Assembly (NCBI GenBank): GCA_001662655.1
Contig: KV460208.1
Length of the DNA: 64,000 nucleotides
Strand: one strand, 5' to 3'
DNA from: Pseudogymnoascus verrucosus
Taxonomy: Eukaryota
How positions within the stretch are numbered: the stretch's first letter is position 1; every line of letters begins with the position of its first letter. The notes under the pieces were generated by a model. The model did no database searches and had not been told where the DNA came from. It worked only from the letters and a program-made list of their open reading frames with translations. This document shows, in pieces, positions 1 through 11,993 of this stretch. The position numbers and the translations under genes were made by a program.

Positions 1-204
1 TGCCAGGCCACAAGGGAACGGTGAATTGCGTAGAGTTCTCTCCGGGACCTGAACCAATCAGTAAGTTTACCCTCCTCCAAACATGTGAATAGACAGGGAC
101 AAGCCCGTCGTGCCCTTGTTTCTACAAACATTTGCTGACTGACTCGTTCTGTAGTTCTCACGGGTTCATCTGATCGCAACCTCCTCCTCGGCGAACTGAA
201 GTGA
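1..204 (+). CDS. 3' end of WD40 protein, U5 snRNP 40-kDa subunit-like (SNRNP40/Spf38); partial, intron 61-154
   Basis: Spliced translation PGHKGTVNCVEFSPGPEPI-ILTGSSDRNLLLGELK* resembles the family C-terminus; GTAAGT donor at 61, CTGAC branch, TAG acceptor at 154, TGA at 202-204. Confidence 0.8.
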
Positions 205-1689
205 TAACCGGTTGACGCGACGACGTATAATGGATGAGAAGGAGCCCACGCTCCAAGGTGCAAGGGTTGCAACGCGGGGAATTACAGATCCCAGAAGATT
301 ACGAATAGTTGTGTACGATGATAAGAGTAATCTGCTCGCCGGGAGCTTCGATATCTTGTACTGTATATTGGCAAGCATATATCGAGCCCGTGAGGACATG
401 TGGGAGCGTCACGGTTACATACCGAGGCTATAGATCAGGGGAGTGATATGGAATCACCTTACCCTCGATTACCTGGGTACATTGTAACTGGGGAATTGTC
501 CAGACCTAGATGCGGCCTTTCCATCTTACATACCACAGGGAAGTTCAAGACGGAGGAGAGTCTCTTTCTGGACAGCGCAAATTTTATGATGCCGTAGCGC
601 GGGAAAATGAGAAGAGGCGGCACAAAAGTGACTTGCTTACGACACATAATACACATTACCATCCCTGAAGATAACAAGAGTATTATACACGAATTGGCAA
701 TCCCAATCTCTGGCAATAAACTTTTTGATTTATTCTGACATATACCGCGCATGTGAAATCACAAATATATTGTTCCCCCCTGTTCCTCGTATCAAACCAT
801 CCCCGACAACCAAACGCGCGCGAACCCCTACACGGGTTTTGAAGCGAGCATGCTGAAACAACCACAACCCGCCTCCATCACCACAACTGGCTCCCCCGTA
901 ATCAACCCCCAAACACCCGCAGTCCCAGCCTGCCCTACGTGTCGCAAAGCAATGGCCGATCCAGACGCTTTGCCCACAGAATATGATGTTTGGACCTATG
1001 TGCAATCCGTGCTGCGCTGATCGAGGAGGCATGTCGACGGTTCCTGGAACCCTCTTTCCCCCCTCATGCCCATCCAGCCGCAGTTGGAGGGACCTGCTTT
1101 TACTTAGCCGGTTTGTTGACCTGGTATTTCCACACACTCTCCCTCTCCGTCTCCTGCCATCTTATGTCCATTGAGCTTGCTCTGCTTTCCTAGTTGTTGT
1201 TTCGTGTTGGGAGGTGTTCGTCGTTCTGTTGGCGGTTGATTCACTCGCTCCCTCTCCATCCTCCCTTCAGTCTGTCTTTTTCTTTTTTTGTTCGTGTCGC
1301 TGCCCACTCCTGCGTGTTGATCACTGCGACAAAGTGCGTCTGTTGAGCTGGGACTAGCGATCTGGGGAAGTACGAACAGAGTCGGACAGGATTCCGCTCA
1401 CCATCCACTCGTTATCCTGGCCTGGTTGCCAGTCGACCGACCTTTCCGCGAAGCACTGGACGAGTCGACCTCGTACAACCAAACGACGCGCAGGCCGATT
1501 TGCTGACAGGCTGGATCCTTATGAGATAAACACGCTACTTGACAAAAGCGGACGCGGTTGTGGCCTCGCAACACTACACTTATATCTCGACAAGTCCAAG
1601 CTCCTCAACCAAGCTCTCGAAATTATCCACCGAGGCCTTCGTCAAGCTCCGTGCTCAGTCCCTCCGGCCCATCACCTAACATAATCACA

Positions 1690-3000
1690 ATGTCTGCTCC
1701 TGATAACTCAAACCGCCGAGAACCCCGCCGTGGTTCTCGCCGGCCAACACACATCACGACACTCCGCCAGGGCATCCATCAACTCTTCAATGGTCAATCC
1801 GAGGTCGGGGCCACACGAGCGCCTCGTCCGCGCCCTCGCCCGCGAGTGCCCGAAAGCCCCAAAACCCCCCGTCTAATGCTCGACACCTTCTCCCCGTCCC
1901 AATTTGATCTCCCCCATATTCGCAGCAATTCGACAACATCCCCATCGAGGTCGCCCACATACGTCTCCCCCACAATAGCGTCTATCTCGTCTTCGCCCGT
2001 CGAGCATTCACCCGCCAACTACCGCCCCTTAACTCCGGACACCTTCCACGCACTCCAGCCGAGCACATCTATACAGCCACCCCCGCCAACGAGACAGAAT
2101 ACCGCAGAGCGGATGCGCCAATTCAGCGGCGCGGATCGAGAGGAGCTAGTCCTTGTAGAAGCAATTTCACGGCGCGACCCCCGTCAGAAGAAGAAGAAGA
2201 CCAGGAGGCAGAGGAAGCCAAGAGCTCCCACACAATATAGAGCGTCGTGTTTTTCAGGGATCACGAGCCCTATTCTGCGCCGGAAGGCGACGCACTGTAC
2301 AATATCGGGCATGTTCCTCATAACCATACTCTCACTCTGTAAGTCCACTTCATACACCCCCCACGACCCAAAAACCCTCAAGCTAACCCCTTAAGACCTC
2401 GGCCTCGCGCTATCAACCCATTACATCTCGCAAGAATTCCACGTCCTCCTCATCCTCATCATCCTCGGCCTCACAATATTCTTCATCCACTCCTTTGTCC
2501 TCCTCGTCCTCCTCCTTTTGAAGCCCCGCCCCACAGACGGCTTCATTCCCGATATGGAAAGCATGCACTTCTCACCCCTCGGCTACGCTACCCCCGCCGT
2601 GCCCATCCGCGTCACCCTCGGCCGCGACGAGGAGGCGCTCATCGATTCCCGCACCACCCCTAGCGACGCCAACGCCAGCGCCAACGCGAAAGCCGTAGCG
2701 CCTCCGCCGCCGGCATACGGGTTGTGGAGAGAGAGCGTGCGTGTGGACCCCGATCGCCTATTCTGGGCGCGCAATGCGGCGGCGCCAAGGCGGGAGAGCC
2801 ATGAGCAAATACCGGAGGATGGGGAGGCGCCGAGGAGGCCGCCGAGTTATATGAGTGATGATGGGGTGGAATATGTGGTTGAGGCGGCGGGGAGGAGTAT
2901 CGCGCCTACGACGGATGTGCCGCTTCCTGTGCATCCGAGTGAGAGAGGGAGGGTGGGGGCGCCGTTTGGGGGAGGGGCGGTGGTGAGGATGTGTGCGTAG
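1690..3000 (+). CDS. Fungal hypothetical protein with S/P-rich N-terminus and ~2 TM helices; intron ~2339-2395
   Basis: ORFs 1558-2394 and 2518-3000 join through a GTAAGT...CTAAC...AAG intron; hydrophobic stretches flank the junction; PPPAYGLWRESVRVDP and RPPSY motifs. Confidence 0.75.
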
Positions 3001-4722
3001 AGCGGACGAGGGTACAGGGAGGGCGTAATGGCACATTCATGAATTGACTTGTGGAAAATGGTAATGGAGTTATTGAAAGATGGGAGATGCGATGGGGGTG
3101 GTGGGACTGTAACAAAATGTATTCTTGTTAGAGTACTGATATTCAATAATGCCGAGTTGATGGTTGTGCCCCGTAGTAGTCAAACATACGCTCGATCGGT
3201 TGTGGCGGCGGTATGCAGAATAACTTTATTGGGCAACTCCAAGAAGTTAGAATCGTTCTCATACTCATGTGAATGGAATCATACAATGGCCATAACGCGA
3301 ACTCTCTCTTGCCCGTGAATTCCTCATAGAGTGAGGTGATCATAAAGTATATATAAATAAGCATCGCAATAGTACAATGTATCAATAGAACGTTAAGGAA
3401 TAGCAATCCGAGGAGTTCCAGATAAGCTATCGCCTTCCATCTCCAGCCGGCCAGGACATCCTCAAGGTGGTGGAAGGCGCCGACATTATCTCCTTCGGTC
3501 GGCCGGAGACGTCGGAAGCAAGACTTGGTGGTTATGTTTCTCAAAATGCCATCCATGGCGTTCTTGTGGGTCTTGGATGTGTTTGTGATGGGCGGGGAGA
3601 CAGGTGTTGGTATTTGGTATTTGGTATTATAATGGTGAAGGTATTACAGAGATGAAGATATTCCCAGATCAGACGACCACTCATCAATCGAACATGTTAG
3701 TTAACTCGCGCCTTCCAAAACTCTTACGAGGGACCTTAACGGCTGATAATCGGTATGTGGACTTGAAGCTAATGAATGGAATTTATACCCTCTGCTTAAG
3801 CTCTTAATAAAACAGCTCGTTGAAAGCTTACAATGTGATCAGTATAATCCTAAGTGATTAAGAGCCTTTATTTATATACAACAGTTGCTGTGAATACTTA
3901 AATGCCATGGAAGGCTTGCGGGCTCTACTTTGCCTCTGGGCAACAATATTGAGTCCTTTTCTCAGACTTGCGGGCGGTGAACTCTCAACATCGTACGATT
4001 GTTGTCTTCTACGGCCCATTGAAACATGTTTCAAGAGCTGGATCAGTCTCACCGAGCCGTCACCCAAAGAAGGCATGGAATCCACAAAAGCCGCTGGGCA
4101 TCTCAGCATTGATTCAACGACCTACTATACTATCACACTACCACCGCGAAGGTCTATCTACACCATTCTCCCGTTCACAGCCCACTGTCCAATCCTTCCA
4201 TCCTCTGCCCGTCCAATGTTTCCCTTTCCACCTCACCACATACCATGGCCGCCTCCATATGGTTTCTCCCCTGCCCCTCCTCCCCTTACTCTCCGGAGAT
4301 CAGTTCAGTTCCAAACCACTGGATCAAATTGTGCCAATATCGTCAAAAGGTATCTACCAGGTTCCCGGGTTTTGTTGCAAAGTCGTAAAGAAGGAAATGA
4401 ATAACGGTAACGAAAAACGAGAAAAAGTGCGCAAAGCAAAAACGTAATAGAGCTTTTTGGGCGACGACAATTTTTTCCTTTCTAAGTCGAAGCCACACCC
4501 ATGATCAGACCAGGCGCCGGTGAATAAAGACGTTTCCGCGACATGCAAAGCCAAGAATGTATTTCGTGATGAGGATGCCAATACCGAATTGCGTATTAAA
4601 ATGGAGCAGCGAGTGTTGGTTACGTATTTATGTCCAAATAGAAGTAAAAAAGGCCGATGTTAAAATAGTCAAGTCGTTATGTCAGGTCATCGGAACCATT
4701 CGTGAAGCGGTGTTCATTGTAT

Positions 4723-5397
4723 CTAGGCGATTGGCGCAATTCCGGCGACAATTTGGTTGCCATCAACATCCAATCCCATTGGGACTCTCTGGGACTGCGG
4801 GCAGTCGCGAGAGATGTGGCCAGCCTCGCCACACTGGTAACAGGTCTTGCCTGCAGTGTTGAGAGGTCCGCCATTTGGTGCAGTGCAGTCACGGCTGATG
4901 TGGCCGAACTTGCCGCACGCGAAGCACTTCAGTGCCTGAGCCTTGCAGTCTCGGGCAAAGTGGTTGCGCTCACCGCACTTGTGGCAGGTGGTTGGGCGAG
5001 GGCCCTGGAAAGCTCCTCCGCGTGGGGCGAATCCACCCTGGAATCCGCCGCGAGGAGCGAATCCACCACGGCCAACGCCAGGACCCATTCCAGGAGCCAT
5101 GCCACCGACGCCAGGTGGTGCGCTGCAGTCGCGAGCAAGATGGCCTGGGAGGCCACAGGAGTAGCAGCGACCCGAGGTTCCAGCAAGACGGAGGGTTGGG
5201 CAGTCGGCCTGGACGTGTCCAATGCCAGAGCAAGAGTAGCACTGCTTTGCCTCAGTGGTGCGTGGGAGCGGGCAGCCGTTCGATTCGTGTCCAGGCTGCT
5301 TGCAGTTGTAGCAGAGACGCTCAGCGGATGAGCACTCGTTTGCTGTGTGGCCAATTTGGCCACACTTGTAGCAGGCGCGGCGAGAGAGAGACGACAT
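4723..5397 (-). CDS. GIS2: CCHC zinc-knuckle nucleic-acid-binding protein (CNBP/Gis2/Byr3 family)
   Basis: MSSLSRRACYKCG start; seven CX2CX4HX4C knuckles with an internal RGG-rich linker. Confidence 0.92.
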   Translation of the reverse strand: MSSLSRRACYKCGQIGHTANECSSAERLCYNCKQPGHESNGCPLPRTTEAKQCYSCSGIGHVQADCPTLRLAGTSGRCYSCGLPGHLARDCSAPPGVGGMAPGMGPGVGRGGFAPRGGFQGGFAPRGGAFQGPRPTTCHKCGERNHFARDCKAQALKCFACGKFGHISRDCTAPNGGPLNTAGKTCYQCGEAGHISRDCPQSQRVPMGLDVDGNQIVAGIAPIA

Positions 5398-5414
5398 GAT
5401 GTGTAGAGTGGGAT

Positions 5415-5802
5415 CTGGAGAATTTGTAGTTAGCATCTGCTTTTTTGCAATATTTATAATTTAAGAAAAGCCATGTCCTCCAACGTAGTGTAGTGCAAGG
5501 GCATCGATATGTTTGTCGATCCTATTGTCATATTCTGGATCTCTTCACCGCAAGAGTAAACCTCCGTAGTGTATAGTTACGCCATCATACCGCTCAATTT
5601 GTGTGTCGAGGGTGGCAGCGAAGCTTTGTCGAAACATCCGAGTGGTGCCACGAAAGTTTTGATTATGCGGCAGGTCGACCTGCAGTTGCGTTGTTCCTGC
5701 ATATCGTTGGGCTGTACAGGCATCCACGGATCCTTGTGGGCGAGGGGGTTTCTCTCCGGAGTCGTGCAAACAGACAAAGCTTAAAACAATCATCCAACTT
5801 AC
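5415..5802 (-). other. Putative 388-nt 5' UTR intron of GIS2
   Basis: Minus-strand GTAAGT donor at 5802, GCTAAC branch near 5430, CAG acceptor at 5415, 17 nt upstream of the ATG. Confidence 0.65.
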
Positions 5803-7719
5803 ATTTCAATGTAATTCCTTCTGGTCAACAGCTTGTTTTGTCCTTTCCTAGCTTTCCAACTTCCTTCTTTCGACGTCTTCTGCTTCTCCTTCTCTCCTAT
5901 TCAACAACAACGACAACGGCAACGTTCGCGTGGACTTCAAGATAATCGGTTGATTGTTGATAAAGATGTGCAAACGAAAGAGTGCTCGGAACTCGTGGAG
6001 AAATCTCTTAAGGGTATTAGCTGCGGTTTCCCGCTCCGCTACTTCTCTACCGAATGCGACCGAAACTTCCAAGCTCTCACTCGTCAAGCTACGCCACGCA
6101 CTTGCCTTGCATAGGATTAGCGGTCGTGATAGCAACAAAGCCAAACGGGAACAAGGGGCAAACCCAACAGCGGTTGACCAATTGAAGCTGCTTACCGTCC
6201 ATTGAAGGAGCGACCGGGCGCGACATGACCCAGCAAAAACGTGACTGTGATGACATTCGCTGCGTCATACAAAAGTACATACAACTCTGCCGCTCGAAGT
6301 TGCCAGAAGTTGCCACATTCGTGGTCCAGAGCATACTTCGCTGTACTCGACTCTGTACGGCTTTTGGCATGAGAAAAGCAAGCTGCTCGAGTCGTACTCA
6401 AAGGGCTTCTTTGAGGTTTATTGCATGTCCTTTCTGGCGCCAAGAATTGCGGGAGCAGCCCCCAAACACTGAGTTTGTGCGACTGTAAGAGCTGCCAGCC
6501 GCTAGAACGCCCTGTCTCCTTGCAAGTGCATGTACTTGTATAGGTATTTTGATATCCCTTCCATTTACATGGTTGTTCGTGTTTGATCAGCCAACAGGAG
6601 TACTGTTTCGTACCAGTTGCTTGGACCCAGACTCTCGGAGACGCGATAGGCCAGAAAGTCGCCACCCATTGTATATGGAGTACTCTCAGAGATATCAACC
6701 AGAAGAGATCAGACCCGACACCGTCCTCGATTGCAGCAACTCTTTAATCATTATGTCCTGTTATGTAGGTGTTGAACGAGCAAATATGGCGAACATGCCA
6801 GCGGCCGTTGTCTCAATGGCCGCAACAGTACCACTGGCACGGGCACCACGGTTTGTATTTTTGTCAAAAATGTTATGTTCCATATAGTCGAATAATATCT
6901 TGTTTCGTATGTCTTTGACTTGTCCGTTCATCTGTTGACAAGCAATTAGCATGCTGTTCGTCTGCATTTCATTCTGAAGAACTGATTGGAATATTTCTGT
7001 GCTACCCAATAGCTTTATTGTCTTTGCATGTTCCATAGTTGACTATGATACCTGCCCTTCATATTATGGATTCGTTCAGTTTTGTCTCTTATGAGAGCTC
7101 CCTCAGAATTATCTCGGATTCAACAAATGCGCGTATGTTGATGATACAGACAAGCATTCTGCCCTCTTCAAGCATCCAGAAGCCTTGTTCTCGGGCCTTC
7201 GAATGACACACATGCTATATAACATGGATGGACGCTGGAAATCTCAGGTAATAGGATTTTTTATTATCTGTTACCTACAAGATGTAATATGAAGGAAGAG
7301 AGTGGCAGTTCATCGCTTTCTGGGAGGGAGGATGGCGGTGGATTCCGAGTGTGCGGCCTCACGTCCATGAGGAAGCCTGGCGCTATCCTATTTGGGCCTC
7401 TCGTTTTGTCTTTGGGCGGTATCCCACTCGGCTCTTCCATCTCTTCTCCGTTTCCATAATATTCCTCGGGAAAAAATTCATATTCAGGGTTAAATAGAAC
7501 CCCAAGGCAAGCTCTATAGTTATTATAACCCTATTTCTATACTTGTAGGACTGGTAATTCACTTTTATGATTTGATATTGGTGGGAAACATTCTTTGATC
7601 GTTCGTTGCCTCGTTTTCCCAAAGATTCAGATCTCAGCGAGGCTGTTTGAGACCCAGAGGCTCCATAAGTGTCTCGATAAGTAGACAATTCTTCTGAACG
7701 AGGCATCTTCATAACCATC

Positions 7720-9350
7720 ATGGCTCCAGCCTCAATTATCGGTGATATCGATGGCGGTGATGAGGCAAGAACAGCCACCTACCACCCCGTCCAGCCAATA
7801 CTGACGTTTCCCAGAGCATGCTTGTAATCATTGACATTGATAGCATTCAAGCTCATGGTAAGTTGCTTAACCTTTGGAATGGTCTGGACATCTCTCATTG
7901 CAGTAGGTGTATCGGCATCGGACATTGCGAAACTCAAGCTGAATGGCATCCACACTGTGACTGTGAGCAACCACAATGTATCCTGTATCATTGCACAGCA
8001 TTCTTACTTTACCAGGGCGTTTTGTCTATGACAAGGAAGAAGATGGAACGAATCAAGGGACTCTCTGAGGTCAAAGTCCTCAAAATTAAAGAAGCTGCGG
8101 CGAAAATGATGGTAACATAGACACGAATATACGATACAGTTCACCAGCTAATATTTCTTGTAGCCGGACGCGAACGGCTTTGTGACTGCCACTGACTTGG
8201 CGGTCAAACGCAAGCAATGCATGAAGATAAGCACGGGAAGCAAGCAGCTTGACACGATTCTCCTTGGGTATGGCTATCGGATCATACTACGAAGACGTTG
8301 TTGATAAGCCATAGGGGTTTCGAGACTATGAGCATCAGTGAAATATATGGCGAATTCCGTAGGTTTCTTATTTCACAAAGCGTTGATGGGATACTGAATC
8401 GTCCAAGGTTGTGGAAAGACACAGATCTGTCACACTATGGCTGTCATGGCCCAGCTGCCAAGGGTAATAAAATGCCCTCCCATTGCTTCAACAGAGAACT
8501 TACTGAAGGAACCGTAGGAAATGGGAGGCGCAGAAGGCAAGGTTGCATGGATTGGTGAGTTTCTTGCCATATTGTCACAGGGATAGAACTGAGAATAAGC
8601 AGATACCGAAGGCACGTTCCGTCCAGAGCGAATTGCGCAGATTGCTGAGCGCTTTGGTGGTATGTCACCTGGGAAACCCTGCCCTGCACTGCTACTCAGT
8701 TCTCATCTCTTCTCTAGTTGATCCAGAGCAAGCTTGTGACAACATATGTGTGTCTCGAAGCCTCAACAGCGAGGTTCGTCAACGGAGCACCTTTGAGAGA
8801 GCCTATTCTAATACCATACAGCATCAGTATGAACTTCTGGATGTTCTCGCATTCAACTTCTGCAGTGGCGAATATCGGCTTCTGGTCATTGATAGTGTCA
8901 TGGCCCTCTTCCGAACCGACTACAGCGGCCGCGGCGAGCTTGCAGAGCGTCAGCAAGCCCTCGGCCAGTTCCTCAAGCGTCTTGCAGCTCTGGCCGAAGA
9001 GTTCAACGTTTGCGTCGTGATGGTAAGCTCGACAGCCATAGTTTCATGTGATTTAGACTGACAGCCCGGAGACAAACCAAGTTCAATCTGACCCTGGAGC
9101 CAGCGCTCTATTTTCCGGTACTGATGGGCGTAAACCTGTTGGCGGCCATGTTCTCGCGCATGCCTCGACGACAAGGGTTCTCCTTCGCAAAGGTCGCGGA
9201 GAAGAACGAGTTGCAAAGATCATTGATTCACCAAGTAAGCCCCATGTCCAAATGTACTATACCTGTATGCTGACTCCAGTAGACTGCCCTGAGCGCGAGG
9301 CTACATATATCATAACCAATGGAGGCATCAGTGACCCTGAGAAGGTGTAA
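7720..9350 (+). CDS. DMC1: Meiosis-specific recombinase Dmc1; ~12 short introns
   Basis: Spliced exons give IDSIQAHG, Walker A GEFRCGKTQ (Dmc1-type), [12 protein letters not shown], Walker [29 protein letters not shown]; stop at 9348-9350. Start at 7720 needs a GC-AG intron; 7818 is the alternative start. Confidence 0.93.
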
Positions 9351-9679
9351 TTGGGGACAACCTAGCTGGTGTGCTGGCTGTTCGTGATTTCCACCAGCAA
9401 AGCGCAAGAGCATCATATTGCAATAATAACTTGAAGATGCTCATTTTGCTCAAGTACTTACACCACAAAATATTCCAGCTTTATAGTGCTGTTACATTGG
9501 ACAAAAATATGAATAAAATAGAAGCTCAAACCCCAGCTTTCGGGTAGTTAACCGCATTTGACTTGGCGCATGATTATTGATAAGATAAGGATTTTACTTT
9601 TGGTGATTTCTTTCCGCAGCCTACCAAACCATTCACCCAGGACCACCATCGCGACTTCAATCGCACACGCCTCGCCACG

Positions 9680-10606
9680 ATGCCAAAAGCAATCGCTAGT
9701 ATTGGAGAATACTCCATCCTCCCAGTATCCATACCCGAGACGAGCGCATACGCCGTCAAGGCCGTACACAGCATCTACGTCCGCCCGCACGCACCTAAAA
9801 TCCCCACGGCCTCCGATTCACGAAGCCTTTTCCTCGTTAACATCCCAATCGACAGCACAGAGCAACATATCCGCTCAATATTTTCCTCGCTGCTTGGCGC
9901 TGGCAGGTTCGAGACTGTCATCTTCGAGAACGAGCGACAGAATGCTCCGCTTGTAGTAGAGACGAAGTTAGTACAGAGCGCGAAGAACAAGAAGAGGAAA
10001 CACGCGGATGCTGTCGATAATGCGGAGACGGCGGAAGATGCCTTGCCCAAGGCTTGGGATAGGAATTTGCACCGTAGTGGCAGCACGGCCGTCGCTGTTC
10101 TGGCGGATGCGCGGTGTGTGGAGCATGCGCTGAAGGCAATCAAGAAGGCGAATAAGAGCGGAGAGTACCCTGTCTGGGGCGCGGGTGTCAATGGTGTCCC
10201 TGCACTGGGATCGTCGAGATACATGGCACATCAGAAGTTGACATATCCCCCCAAGGATGAGCTGCAGTCTGCGGTGGACAACTTCATGGCGGAGTGGAAT
10301 AGGAAGGAAGAGGAAGCTGCGAGGTTGGCGAAGCGCCAGCGCAATGTTCCGGATGAAGATGGATTTATCACCGTTACTCGCGGTGGAAGGACCGGTCCCG
10401 CACGACAGCACGATGCGGATGAAGCTAGGAAGAAGGAGTTAGAGAAGGAGGAGGCGAAGAGGAAATCTATGGGCGACTTCTACCGCTTCCAGGGCCGCGA
10501 GAGGAGGAAGGAGGAGCAGGGAGAGCTGCTCAAGCGATTCGAGGAGGATAGGAAGAGGGTGGAGGGCATGAAGACCGAGAGGAGAGGTCGGTTCAGACCG
10601 GAATAG
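9680..10606 (+). CDS. RRP7: Ribosomal RNA-processing protein 7 (UTP-C subunit)
   Basis: 308-aa ORF; RSLFLVNIP RRM-like start and C-terminal PDEDGFITVTRGGR...DFYRFQ...RFRP motifs. Confidence 0.9.
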   Translation: MPKAIASIGEYSILPVSIPETSAYAVKAVHSIYVRPHAPKIPTASDSRSLFLVNIPIDSTEQHIRSIFSSLLGAGRFETVIFENERQNAPLVVETKLVQSAKNKKRKHADAVDNAETAEDALPKAWDRNLHRSGSTAVAVLADARCVEHALKAIKKANKSGEYPVWGAGVNGVPALGSSRYMAHQKLTYPPKDELQSAVDNFMAEWNRKEEEAARLAKRQRNVPDEDGFITVTRGGRTGPARQHDADEARKKELEKEEAKRKSMGDFYRFQGRERRKEEQGELLKRFEEDRKRVEGMKTERRGRFRPE

Positions 10607-10622
10607 GGGATGTGTACTTGAG

Positions 10623-10870
10623 GTATGGCAAATACCCTTTTGATTCTTCTTCCTTCGTTCGTGTCTATTATTACAATGGACAACACACGTGATGACTCAG
10701 CGGGGCCATAGAAGTCTGGGTTCGCTGATGGGCCGATACCCACGGGGAATCCTCACTATGACTAGAAACACCGCATAAAACAATCTTCTCAACTTTTCTG
10801 ATGTGTTCCATGCCGTCCTGGAATTCCCCTACTTCGCTTTTGTGTGCAAGACTCTAACTGGGGCATTTAG
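10623..10870 (+). other. Putative 248-nt intron in the RRP7 3' UTR (snoRNA host)
   Basis: AG|GTATGG donor 16 nt after the stop codon, CTAAC branch 10854-10858, TAG acceptor 10868-10870. Confidence 0.65.
10682..10807 (+). ncRNA. Candidate intronic box C/D snoRNA
   Basis: Box C GTGATGA 10689-10695, internal CTGA (D') 10725-10728, box D CTGA 10798-10801; terminal stem AACACA (10682-10687)/TGTGTT (10802-10807) in K-turn register. Confidence 0.7.
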
Positions 10871-11993
10871 ATATCAATCGCGCCAATGATTACTGGGATG
10901 GGCATCCTACTTCGATAACCCCCGACGGCCCATAGCAGGGCAGCCTGGCATGTTAGATATGGCTTCAGTCATGTCGTTATTGTGGTAGTAACGACACGTA
11001 ACCGTTCGTCCCGACCGGGCCAGAACATTCACCATGCACGGTTGAAACGAATCCGCCCGGCTAGCCTCCCGAACAACCCACCAGTACAGAGCTCAGGTCT
11101 ATCTAGCAACTAGCCCCACTACTCCCCTGTAAAGGGCGAGGCAGATATAAAGCGATGATTACTGGTTACGCGTCTACACCTAAACGGTGGCGGGGTGATT
11201 GAATGCTTAGAACGCCTCTGGCATCGCAACTTTCGGGGGGGTGAGAGGATGGAGGGGGGCGGGAAGGGGGGGAAGCGGTGCATGATATCTTGCTCGACCT
11301 AGGCTAATCTGATGGTATATGCTACCCACGAATACTATGGTCGTAGTATCTAGGCTTGCCGATAGGCAACTGTAAGACATGGTGTTTCCATTACCCTGAG
11401 GCGGAAGGTTGGAGGACGAGTGTTTGGGTAGATAGTTGTGTTGCACTTGTATATACCAGCTTTAAACTCCCCAGGCACAAATAATCACATCATCTCTCAC
11501 ATTCGTACTTCTTTCCATAGTGATATGTGACCATATATACCATGATACCAACTAGAATATAATAAGCATGATACCTCCGTTACCATCTTCAAGCACAACA
11601 CCATCCCATACCCACAGCATCACCCCGCCCCAAACCTGAAACATCTATCATTCCTCACATCATCCAAGGTGACCAACACAGTAATGTTAATACTTTTTAT
11701 TAATTTTTTGCTTCTAATAATTCTCCCCGCATCCACGCTAAAACGCGCTGTGGTGCTTGCTCGCCGTCCATTAGGTTGTTATCCACCATCGTCCAGCAAG
11801 TGATAATGCTCTCCATCCCATGCCACAGGCACGTCCAATAATTATTCCACCCACCCCCTCCCCCTCCCCTCTCTCCCCCCAAAAAATACCCAGCTTTTTC
11901 TCTATCAAACAAAAAACACCAGCAATGCCCGCAAAGCCAGCCAGCTTCCACCCCCCAAACTTTTCCCCCCGCTTTCTCATCACCCCAAACCCC

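Noticed and set aside
3858..4447. Overlapping 159-165-aa ORFs downstream of GIS2
   Set aside because: No domain or coding-like bias; likely 3' UTR or intergenic
4702..5399. Long antisense ORFs over GIS2 (likewise over NFS1, the DUF1996 gene, ADH and RPB2)
   Set aside because: Shadow ORFs caused by codon bias of the real genes
6246..6262. GTGATGACATTCGC resembling box C plus U14 domain A
   Set aside because: The match ends after 7 nt; no suitably placed box D or terminal stem
6500..7390. Possible spliced minus-strand gene between GIS2 and DMC1 (ORF 6761-7036, ATG near 7369)
   Set aside because: Could not build a stop-free spliced model, and no motif was recognised
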